NCBI GenBank assembly: GCA_017302815.1
Contig: JAFLCQ010000005.1
Coordinates: 1-37,726 of the forward strand
Length of the DNA stretch: 37,726 bases
Direction of reading: 5' to 3'
Source of the DNA: Planctomycetota bacterium
Lineage (GTDB): Bacteria; Planctomycetota; UBA11346
The notes under the pieces were generated by a model, which was given only the letters and a program-made list of their open reading frames with translations, ran no database searches and was not told where the DNA came from. The position numbers and the translations under genes were made by a program. Positions 7,987 to 15,868 of this stretch are shown here, piece by piece (positions within the stretch are counted from its first letter, which is position 1; each line of letters starts with the position of its first letter).

Positions 7987-8990
7987 GCTTCCTCCTGGTC
8001 TGTACAAGCGACAGTGGACGGCGCTCCGGCTCCGACGAGGGCCTCGTCGTCGAGCATGAGAATACTGCGAAACTGGGCGGGATCTGGCGCCGCAAGCAGA
8101 TCTGAGCGGAGACGGGGCATCAGCAGCAGTTCGCGCAGCATCTCCCAGGACTGGTGCAGTCCGGGATCAAGGAGCGATGCCGCGCGCAATTCGACGGTCA
8201 AACCCGTGTGGTCCGCGGTGCCCGTTCCCGGCAACGCATAGCGCACGGCATCTTCATCCAGGTGCACCCGAAGACGCACATCTCCTGCATTCACGTCGTC
8301 GCGATGTGGCACGCCGAATCCGTTGGCAACCGTGATGCCTCCCGAGTCCAGCACATCGGACATGCGCGCTGCACTGCGCTGTGGGATGACAATCCAGCCC
8401 ATGTGTACGCCCAGACCTCGGTGGGCATGCATCGAGCCGGGCCCATCAGGCCCGATGGTTCCCAGCAGCAATCGGTCCGCATGACGCCACACCGGCACCT
8501 CCGCCCGATGCCGTGGCCAGGTGGGCCGCGCGCCATTGAACACGGCTGCGATGGCATTGCTGGTAATCGGATCGCCACGATATCCCTGTGGACGAGATCC
8601 CCGCCAACGCAGGTGCTGCTCGACGACAACAGCGCACAACGCGGCTTCGCTGTTGGCCGATGGCGACGCAGATACATCCGGGCTCCATCCACCCCACAGG
8701 CGGTCATTCGGCGCACGGTTGGGCGGCAGCAGCAACGCCCGATGGCCAGCTCGCAGCAGCATGTGAACCATGCCAGCCGCCATGAGCGCGTCTTCCGGCA
8801 GTTCAGCGATGACGAGATCGCCACGCTGCGGTCGTCCGAGGCGCAGGCGCAGCGACGTGATCGGATTCACAGGTACGACATACGCTTCGACATGGGCGTC
8901 ACACCACCGGGCAAACGACCATCCGAGGTCGATCAGGTTGGCGACATCCCTGCTGGTCGTCGCCTGGATGTGGATGCGGCAGCGGTTCAT
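7983..8990 (-). CDS. Hypothetical protein (335 aa), second gene of the coupled cassette. The N-terminus may be Usp-like.
   Basis: Start at MNRCRIHIQ, with an ATGA overlap and a GGAGGGAG SD. High GC3. The segment DLVIAELPEDALMAAGMVHMLLRAGHRALLLPP is reminiscent of the C-terminus of a universal-stress-protein fold. The remaining ~230 aa are unassigned. Confidence 0.55.
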   Translation of the reverse strand: MNRCRIHIQATTSRDVANLIDLGWSFARWCDAHVEAYVVPVNPITSLRLRLGRPQRGDLVIAELPEDALMAAGMVHMLLRAGHRALLLPPNRAPNDRLWGGWSPDVSASPSANSEAALCAVVVEQHLRWRGSRPQGYRGDPITSNAIAAVFNGARPTWPRHRAEVPVWRHADRLLLGTIGPDGPGSMHAHRGLGVHMGWIVIPQRSAARMSDVLDSGGITVANGFGVPHRDDVNAGDVRLRVHLDEDAVRYALPGTGTADHTGLTVELRAASLLDPGLHQSWEMLRELLLMPRLRSDLLAAPDPAQFRSILMLDDEALVGAGAPSTVACTDQEEA

Positions 8991-9241
8991 GGCTCCCTCC
9001 GATCGATGGCCGTGATACGGAATCCAGCCATCCCCTGCGGTGTCGGCCAGGTGACCGTGTCGTGGAGGCAGGCGCCGAGCAGGGCCCGGGCGATCGGGGA
9101 ATCCGGCATGATGCATTCAGGATCAAGCGGATACGAGTGGTCGGAGGGGACTATGGTGAGCGTGAACTCGTCACGGTTACGCAGGTCGCGAACCGAAACG
9201 GAGGATCCGACGCCCACGATGGGGGCGGTGGCGGTGAACAT
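8987..9241 (-). CDS. Small GreA/GreB C-terminal-domain (Rnk-like) protein, 84 aa
   Basis: VGVGSSVSVRDLRNRDEFTLTIVPS...PDSPIARALLGACLHDTVTWPTPQG...RITAIDR matches the Gre-factor C-terminal domain pattern (S-P-I/L-G/A-x-A-L-L-G). There is no coiled-coil N-domain. Confidence 0.6.
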   Translation of the reverse strand: MFTATAPIVGVGSSVSVRDLRNRDEFTLTIVPSDHSYPLDPECIMPDSPIARALLGACLHDTVTWPTPQGMAGFRITAIDRREP

Positions 9242-9663
9242 GACATAAGCACCTTGGAAACTGGGTGGAACGGACCGACGCCTGGACGGCGTCATGCGTG
9301 CGCGCCGGACCGTGACCGGTCCAGCATGGACGCGGTCTCAGTTCCGGGGCACGCCCATGCCAGGGGTATCAAGTCCTCCGACGATCGCATGCTGAACCGT
9401 CCACACGACAGGGGCGTCGGTGACAGCAGCACTCCAGATGATGTCGACGGACAGGGCCATGCTGCGTCAACCTTTAGCCCGTGATGCTGAGAAGTCAACT
9501 CGGCGCTGCGCGATCACGCTCGTTTGCCGCACTGCTCCCGCCGATGCCAGACCCAAGCGGACTATGCGATTGGCGAAACACTCTGGGCGCAGGAAACGCC
9601 GCGATCAGAACAAACTGGTCCACCCACCTGACCAGACCTGCCACTCCGTGCTTCGAACTGTTA

Positions 9664-9709
9664 CTCCGCAACTCATTCATTCCACGACTGAGATGAATGA
9701 GTTGCGGAG
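9664..9709. repeat. Perfect 17-bp inverted repeat with a 12-nt spacer
   Basis: CTCCGCAACTCATTCAT (9664-9680) and ATGAATGAGTTGCGGAG (9693-9709). Additional outer pairing GTGCTT (9648-9653) with AAGCAC (9713-9718). Confidence 0.9.
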
Positions 9710-9845
9710 TGAAAGCACGAAGGGTGATCATCTGTTTTTCGCCACCACGACCGGTTTCCCGCTCGAGTTTAGTGGCCCTGTCTTGCTGCGCCGTTTCAAC
9801 CCTGCTTGATGATGCCGATATCAAGGACATAAGCCTCTCCAGAGC

Positions 9846-11294
9846 ATGGACATCGCCTATCTCATCGCACCGCTGCTGCTGATCGCCATCGTGCTCGCCT
9901 CGGTGTGGCTCGACCGCTGGAGCGTGCCGGTCATCATCGTGGCGCTCGCCGCCGGCATCCTGTTCGGCAGCGACGTCCTCAACCTGTGGTATTTCTCGAA
10001 CGTGCATCTAGCCAACCAGGTGTCCAACATGGCCCTGGTGTTCATCCTGTTCCAAGGCGGGTTTGCCACCCGTCGCGACAGCCTGCGCCTCGTGGCGTTG
10101 CCGGCCATCGGCATGGCCACGTGGGGCGTTGTTCTGACTGCACTGGCGACCTTCCTCGTTCTCTGGGGCGTCCTGGGCTGGGCGTACCAGTTGGCAGCCC
10201 TCATCGCCGTCATCATCTCCTCAACCGACGCTGCGGCGACCTTCTCCATCCTACGCCGACAGTCGCTACCTCCTCGTCTCGCTAGCACGGTTGAGGTCGA
10301 GAGCGCTGCCAACGACCCGATGGCCATCCTGCTGACCCTGGTGGCGGTCGAGGCATTCGCCTCGGGGCAGTCCGGCGGATGGACCATCGTCCCGGCCTTC
10401 TTGTGGAAGTTCGCCGCCGGACCGCTCATCGGTTGGCTCGTCGCGCGTGGCAGCCTGGCGTTGTTCAACTGGCTCCAACCGCAGGATCGCGGGCATTATT
10501 ATGTGCTATTTGTCGGCATTGTCCTGCTGACCTACGGACTGGCTGAGGTCTCGCAGGCGAGCGGCATGCTCGCCGTATTCACGGTGGGCTATCTGCTCGG
10601 CAACAACGCCTTCATCTACAAGCAGGGCATCGCCAACTTTTCCTCAGCGCTCTCGACAGTAGCAAACATTGCCATGTTCGTCGTCCTCGGCCTGCTGGTT
10701 TTCCCGCATCAATGGGGCTCCATATGGTTCGACGGCGTCATCCTGTTCTTGGTTTTGACCCTCGTCGCACGGCCGTTCGCGGTCTGGCTTGGCACCGTCA
10801 GGATGGGGTTCAACAACCGGGAGAAAGCCTTCCTCAGCTGGTCTGGACTCCGTGGCGCCGTACCTGTCGTCCTCGCCACCTACCCGATGGCCCGCGGCAT
10901 GGAGATTGGCCAGGAAGTGTTCAACTTGGTGTTCTTTGCCGTCATCCTGTCGGTTTCTGTCCAGGGATCGACGCTAGGGTGGCTGGCCCGCCTTCTCCGC
11001 CTCGCAGCTCCAGCGAAACCATCGCCGTGCTACAGCCTCGAATTGATGACCATGTCCCACAGCGACCTCGACTTGATTGTGGTCGACATGCCGGGACCAG
11101 CCGGCAATCCGGGGCCGCTCATCCAGGATCTGCGCCTGCCGCAAGGGGCAGTGATCGCCATGATCGCCCGGGGGCCTGAGATTGTCTCCCCGCGCGGCAA
11201 CACGCAGTTGCGCGGGTGGGACCAGATAACCGTACTGGCACACGCTCGCGATGAACATGCCGTGCGCAGCGCCCTCTTGGGATCCTCGACCTAG
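9846..11294 (+). CDS. nhaP2: K+/H+ (cation:proton) antiporter, CPA1 NhaP2/CvrA type, with a C-terminal TrkA_C-like domain
   Basis: SSTDAAATFSILR and VESAANDPMAILLT motifs, ~12 TMs, and a soluble C-terminal ~90 aa domain. Confidence 0.85.
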   Translation: MDIAYLIAPLLLIAIVLASVWLDRWSVPVIIVALAAGILFGSDVLNLWYFSNVHLANQVSNMALVFILFQGGFATRRDSLRLVALPAIGMATWGVVLTALATFLVLWGVLGWAYQLAALIAVIISSTDAAATFSILRRQSLPPRLASTVEVESAANDPMAILLTLVAVEAFASGQSGGWTIVPAFLWKFAAGPLIGWLVARGSLALFNWLQPQDRGHYYVLFVGIVLLTYGLAEVSQASGMLAVFTVGYLLGNNAFIYKQGIANFSSALSTVANIAMFVVLGLLVFPHQWGSIWFDGVILFLVLTLVARPFAVWLGTVRMGFNNREKAFLSWSGLRGAVPVVLATYPMARGMEIGQEVFNLVFFAVILSVSVQGSTLGWLARLLRLAAPAKPSPCYSLELMTMSHSDLDLIVVDMPGPAGNPGPLIQDLRLPQGAVIAMIARGPEIVSPRGNTQLRGWDQITVLAHARDEHAVRSALLGSST

Positions 11295-11357
11295 ATCGCA
11301 GGCATGAATTGCCTTCTGGATCTGATTCCGGCGCTGACAGTAGCCCGGGAGAACTGA

Positions 11358-12044
11358 TCAAGCTCCCATCAATTCGCCATCTTCCATTTCCAGATGACGG
11401 TCGAAGACGTCGAGGGCACGATGGTCGTGGGTGACGACGATGACGGCGGCGCCCTGCTCATGCGCGACCCGGGCGAACAGTTCCATCACCTGGCGCCCAC
11501 GCTCGCCATCAAGGGCTGCGGTCGGTTCGTCCGCCAGGATCAGTCCTGGCTTGTTGGCCAGGGCGCGGGCGATGGCGATACGCTGCTGCTGACCGCCGGA
11601 CAGTTCTACCGGTCGATGGTTGGCCCGGTCGGCAACCCCGAGGTAGTCGAGCAACTCCAGAGAGCGGCGTCGGGCTTCCCGGCTGGGCAGGTCGTTGATC
11701 TCCATCGCCACCTGGACGTTCTCGACCGCAGTGAGGAAGGGGATGAGATTGGCCTTCTGGAAGACGAAGCCGATGTGCTGCCGGCGGATGGCCCGCATAT
11801 CCCCGAGTTCGCGCGCCCCGTCCACCACCGGAGTGCCGGAGATCACCACCGACCCGGAGGTTGGCGCGGTAACCAGACCGAGGATGCTCAGCAGGGTGGA
11901 TTTTCCGGCGCCGCTGGGGCCGAGCAGGGCGACCACTTCGCCACCGGCGACGCTGAAGCTGGCGCCTTTCAGAGCCACCATCTCGGTGTTGTCGTGCCCG
12001 TAGACCTTGCGCAGGTTCCGCGCCTCGACGATGGGCTGGCTCAT
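11358..12044 (-). CDS. ABC transporter ATP-binding protein (MacB/LolD/DevA type)
   Basis: Walker A GPSGAGKST, signature LSGGQQQR, Walker B LILADEPT. Start at MSQPIVEARNL, with an ATGA overlap with the permease stop. Confidence 0.9.
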   Translation of the reverse strand: MSQPIVEARNLRKVYGHDNTEMVALKGASFSVAGGEVVALLGPSGAGKSTLLSILGLVTAPTSGSVVISGTPVVDGARELGDMRAIRRQHIGFVFQKANLIPFLTAVENVQVAMEINDLPSREARRRSLELLDYLGVADRANHRPVELSGGQQQRIAIARALANKPGLILADEPTAALDGERGRQVMELFARVAHEQGAAVIVVTHDHRALDVFDRHLEMEDGELMGA

Positions 12045-13252
12045 GACAGCACCTCGCCGGCCCGCACGCGCATGGCCTTCCAGATACCAAGCCCGCTCGC
12101 CAGCACCGAGATGCCGACCACGATGCCCGCAAGCATGAGCAGATCCGGCCCTGTGATCAGCACCCGGCGCGGGAAGAGGAGGAAGATGCGCTGCCCGAGC
12201 AGCCACGCGATGGCGTAGCCCAGGGCACCGAGGAGCAGGGCCTGCTGGAGGATGAGCCCGACAATGACACGGTTGCGCGCCCCCATCAGCTTGACCAAGG
12301 CGATGTCATGCACCTTGTCGAGAGTCATGGTGTAGATCACCAGGGCCATGATGATGGCCGAGATGGCGATGAGTAGGCCGCGGAACAGGCCGATCTGCCG
12401 GCGGGACTTGTCCACCGGACCGGCGAGCAGGAGGTCGCGCTGCTCGGTGCTGGTGTACACGCTGGCATCGCCCCACCCGGCGATGGTCCGGGCGACCTGG
12501 GCGGGATCGGCTCCAGGCGCAACCCAGACCAGCACGGCGCTCACCGGCGGCGGAGCCAGCACCGGCACATTGCCCGAACTGCCGCCAGCACGCTCGATGA
12601 GGCCCGGCTGGATACGACCGATGTCAGCAGCACCAACCCGGGCGCTGCGGGCCGCCCGCTCCAGACGCTGCGACTCGCCATCGCCATCGTTCTGGATCGC
12701 CTGGGCGTCATTGCTGGTAAAGAAGGCCATGCCATCACCAGCCTGGCTGATCATGCCGGCGGTGATCCCGACCACGGTGTAGCGGTCACGGCCAAGTTGC
12801 AGGCTCTCACCCAGATCGAGACCGAGGGAACGATCGGCGATCAGGCCGAAGTGGGCGGTGTCGAGGGTGCGTCCGGCGATCAGCGGCAGCCACGTGCCGC
12901 GGTCCTCGGGCCAGGCCAGGCCCTGCACGGTCATACGCAGAGATCTGCCGGCGTGTTCGCGCTGGATGGTATGGGAGACGAAACGCCGGGAGGCCACCAC
13001 GCCAGGCACCGCTCGCAGCCGCTCTTCTAAGGCGGCTGGCAGCCGCGAGACCTCGGCGAAGGGCCCGCGCGTGTCGCGTTGTACGACCCAGAGATCAGCG
13101 TCGATGCGGTCGATCAGGACGGTCGCATCATCGACCAGGCCGCGGTAGATACCGCCCATGCCCATGACGATCATCAGCAGCAGGCCGATGCCCACGGTGG
13201 TGAAAGCGAAGCTGCCCAGGTGGTAGCGGATGTCCCGCAGGGCCAGGTTCAT
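12041..13252 (-). CDS. ABC transporter permease, FtsX/MacB-like (DevC type)
   Basis: N-terminal TM, a large periplasmic domain and a C-terminal FtsX-like 3-TM block. Start at MNLALRDIRYH. Overlaps its neighbours at both ends. Confidence 0.85.
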   Translation of the reverse strand: MNLALRDIRYHLGSFAFTTVGIGLLLMIVMGMGGIYRGLVDDATVLIDRIDADLWVVQRDTRGPFAEVSRLPAALEERLRAVPGVVASRRFVSHTIQREHAGRSLRMTVQGLAWPEDRGTWLPLIAGRTLDTAHFGLIADRSLGLDLGESLQLGRDRYTVVGITAGMISQAGDGMAFFTSNDAQAIQNDGDGESQRLERAARSARVGAADIGRIQPGLIERAGGSSGNVPVLAPPPVSAVLVWVAPGADPAQVARTIAGWGDASVYTSTEQRDLLLAGPVDKSRRQIGLFRGLLIAISAIIMALVIYTMTLDKVHDIALVKLMGARNRVIVGLILQQALLLGALGYAIAWLLGQRIFLLFPRRVLITGPDLLMLAGIVVGISVLASGLGIWKAMRVRAGEVLS

Positions 13253-14418
13253 CGACCGCTGATCCGCTGGCCCTCGCGCAGCGCCGCAGTTGGTCCACCG
13301 ACCGGGATGACCACGACGTCGCCTGCGGCTAGTCCGGCGGTCACCGCCACGGCTTCCAGACCGCGCAGGCCGAGACTCAGCGGACGCCAAGCTGCCCGGC
13401 CGTGGTCGTCAAGCCAGACGCCCTCGACGCCATCGCGGGTGCGCAGCAGGCGCCATGGCAGGCTGACGACGCCCTCGGCCGCTGTGGTGCGAATATAGAC
13501 CTCGGCGCGCTGGCCGATGGCCCACTGGGCAGGCGGATCGCTGATCTGCACATCGACGAGGAACTCCCGGCTCTCCCGATCGACCTCGCGGCCGACCCGC
13601 AGCACCGTGCCGACGCGCGGCGTGTCCGGCTCGGCCCGCAGGGCAATGCGCGCCGGCTGTCCAACGGCGATGGCTGCCACAGCGGACTCGTCCACCCAGG
13701 CGGAGATCCACAGCGTGTCCGTCGCCACCACGGTCATCAACGTCGTGCCGGGGACCACGACATCGCCGACTTCGCGTTCGCGCCGCACCACCAGACCAGC
13801 GAAAGGCGCTGTGATGGAAGCCTCCGCCAGGCGGGCCTGGAACAGGCGCACGTTCTCCTCGGCGGCCGACATCTGCTGCTCCGCCTCAGTGATGGCGGCT
13901 GCAGAACGGGCCAGATCCGCTTCGGCCACGGCCAGGCGCTCGCCGGACTGCTCGTAGATTTCCAGGCTGGCGATGTTGGCCTCGCGCAGCGGTTCGATGC
14001 GTTTGCGCTCGCGCAGCGCCTGATCGAACACCGCCTGGGCGCGGATCCGATCAGCCTTCACCCGTACCACCGATGACTGGCTGGCCCGCCAGCCCGCCTC
14101 GGCAACCGAGACCTGGCGGCGCAGATCGGCATCGTCGATGTGGGCCAGGGCCTGGTCCTTCGTCACCCGGTCGCCTTGGTCGGCCGAGAGTTGGTCGATC
14201 CGGCCGGCAATCTTGGCCGCCACGGTTGCCCGCGTACGCGCGTCGAGCGTACCCATCCCCAGGGTTTCGCTGACCACCGTGGCGAGCGTGACGGGGTGGC
14301 GCTCGACGGCGACAGGCCGCAGGCGGACCGCGCCGACAGCCACCAGCAGGACCACCACCAGAGCCAGCTTGCTCCAATGACGGCTCAGGAATCGAGGAAC
14401 GACGCTGGCAGAAATCAT
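13249..14418 (-). CDS. HlyD/MacA-family periplasmic adaptor (membrane fusion protein)
   Basis: Signal-anchor, then lipoyl/coiled-coil/beta-barrel pattern (KIAGRIDQLSADQGDRVTKDQALAHID...ITAPFAGLVV). ATG at 14418. Confidence 0.85.
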   Translation of the reverse strand: MISASVVPRFLSRHWSKLALVVVLLVAVGAVRLRPVAVERHPVTLATVVSETLGMGTLDARTRATVAAKIAGRIDQLSADQGDRVTKDQALAHIDDADLRRQVSVAEAGWRASQSSVVRVKADRIRAQAVFDQALRERKRIEPLREANIASLEIYEQSGERLAVAEADLARSAAAITEAEQQMSAAEENVRLFQARLAEASITAPFAGLVVRREREVGDVVVPGTTLMTVVATDTLWISAWVDESAVAAIAVGQPARIALRAEPDTPRVGTVLRVGREVDRESREFLVDVQISDPPAQWAIGQRAEVYIRTTAAEGVVSLPWRLLRTRDGVEGVWLDDHGRAAWRPLSLGLRGLEAVAVTAGLAAGDVVVIPVGGPTAALREGQRISGR

Positions 14419-14555
14419 GCCAGATGATCGGCAGTGCGAGGAAGGGGACAATGCACAACCATACGCTGGTTTGCCGTTGTGGGATGGCGCACGGGGCTCC
14501 TAGATGACGGGCGCCGATGTCGGAAGGAAGTAGGGTGAACACCTGCTTCCCATGA

Positions 14556-15272
14556 TCAGGCCACTGGCACCAGTCGCGGGAAGAGCAGGTTGTTCTCCAG
14601 GTGCATGTGCTCCATGAGGTCGGCCTCGAAGGCTTCTAGGCGCATGTGAAGCGTGTTGATTGGCCGATCGGGGTCGTTGGGCAATGGATAGGCGAAACGC
14701 CGCAGAGTGCGGTAATCCTCGCACCAATCACGAAATGCGACCAATCGATGATCATGTCCCTCGTGCTCGTCGCGCAGACGCTTGAGCAACGGAGTGAGTG
14801 ATGCCGTTTCGCCTGCGGCGATGGGAGGGAAGAGATCCTTCTCCTCCAATTCGAGATGGCGGTAAGTCTCCGCCATGAACGCCGGCCATGCCGCAGCCAG
14901 GTCGCGGAGGGCAGGCCGACACTCGCCCTGTTCGGTGCTCAGCGCGGCGATCATCGTCGCCAACTCTGGCAGATCCCGGCGGTGAGCCTCGTGGAAGGTG
15001 AGAATGTGGGCGATCAATTCGGGAGTCGGTTTAGCTGCCCAGTTCGGGCCAGCCGGGGCCGATGCCGCCTCGTCCGCCACTTCCTTGAGGAAGACAAGCG
15101 GGTCAGCACCAACCTCAGCGCAGTGGTCGCCGAGTCGCATCAACCCCTTGCAGCACCAGTCCATGCGATTGCGGGTAAAGACCTTGGCTGCCCCAGGGAT
15201 GGCCGAGGCGATGATGTACGCCGGGGTGTCGATAGTGATGGCAAGCCCGCTGATGGTGGCGAGGGTCGGCAT
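14556..15272 (-). CDS. RIC/YtfE/ScdA (NorA/DnrN)-type di-iron protein, copy 2
   Basis: 238 aa, roughly 80% identical by eye to copy 1. Same DWCCKG and hemerythrin His/Glu motifs. The DNA differs at many synonymous sites. Confidence 0.85.
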   Translation of the reverse strand: MPTLATISGLAITIDTPAYIIASAIPGAAKVFTRNRMDWCCKGLMRLGDHCAEVGADPLVFLKEVADEAASAPAGPNWAAKPTPELIAHILTFHEAHRRDLPELATMIAALSTEQGECRPALRDLAAAWPAFMAETYRHLELEEKDLFPPIAAGETASLTPLLKRLRDEHEGHDHRLVAFRDWCEDYRTLRRFAYPLPNDPDRPINTLHMRLEAFEADLMEHMHLENNLLFPRLVPVA

Positions 15273-15326
15273 GATGCGCTCCGGGGTGTGCTGACGGGAC
15301 CCTAGCGGCTCCGCCGAGCCTAGGAC

Positions 15327-15340
15327 ATGACACGGATCAA
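15327..15340 (-). promoter_or_regulatory. FNR/DNR-type box (8/10 match) upstream of RIC copy 2
   Basis: Minus strand reads TTGATCCGTGTCAT. Centre is ~61 bp upstream of the ATG. Confidence 0.35.
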
Positions 15341-15435
15341 GATCCCCTGCCGTACCCGCTGGCGATCGACCTCGCTACGGGAGCACGCATGGCTGTGACG
15401 CTGCCAATGTCTCGACGCCAGCGTGCCTACTGTGT

Positions 15436-15843
15436 TCACCTCATCAGGCGCTGCAGGCATCCGGCGATAGCGAGAATATCGCTCCTGGGCAACACGGGCA
15501 CCTCGACATGGTAGGGCAACGGGCCGTCGCTGATCAGCACCATGATCGACGGGTGGATGCCAGACAGTGGCGATTCACCCAGATCCGCTCGCCAGACTTC
15601 GATCAGCGGTGCAGCGGGATGGTTGCTCCCGTCGCACTCGATGAGCACAACATCGGCGCGGCCCATCAATGGCAGGATGGCCTGATAGCCCGTCGCGGAG
15701 CGCTGCCACTGGCCGATGTCCGCAACTGGCGTCGTGCTGGTGATCGTCAGCACACTTCGCCCCAGCGACCCCCAATGGTCCGCCAGGGCTCGGATGAGCG
15801 TGCTCTTCCCATGTCCGCGCCGGCCGGTGATGTGGATCTCCAT
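15436..15843 (-). CDS. mobB: Molybdopterin-guanine dinucleotide biosynthesis adaptor MobB-like P-loop protein
   Basis: MEIHITGRRGHGKSTLIRAL (P-loop), ...VVLIECDG. Size and position downstream of narK fit MobB. Confidence 0.7.
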   Translation of the reverse strand: MEIHITGRRGHGKSTLIRALADHWGSLGRSVLTITSTTPVADIGQWQRSATGYQAILPLMGRADVVLIECDGSNHPAAPLIEVWRADLGESPLSGIHPSIMVLISDGPLPYHVEVPVLPRSDILAIAGCLQRLMR

Positions 15844-15868
15844 CGCGAGCTTGTCTATCAAATTCTGG

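Noticed and set aside
9292-9498. A 68-aa minus-strand ORF whose stop overlaps an ATG at 9295 (ATGA), suggesting a fourth coupled gene and a longer Gre-like protein.
   Set aside because: It has a TTG start, no SD and poor codon bias. The segment from 9295 to 9242 of the Gre-like frame also has weaker GC3 than the part after the ATG at 9241. It remains a possibility but is not annotated.
9805-9825. CTTGAT-N9-ATCAAG upstream of nhaP2, considered as an FNR-type site.
   Set aside because: The half-sites resemble FNR half-sites, but the spacer is 9 nt rather than 4. At most it is an unrelated dyad.
11295-11357. An imperfect hairpin (AGATCGCAGGCA...TGCCTTCTGGATCT) between the convergent nhaP2 and ABC ATPase genes, considered as a bidirectional terminator.
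   Set aside because: The stem is interrupted by mismatches and there is no flanking T-tract on either strand. This is too weak to annotate.
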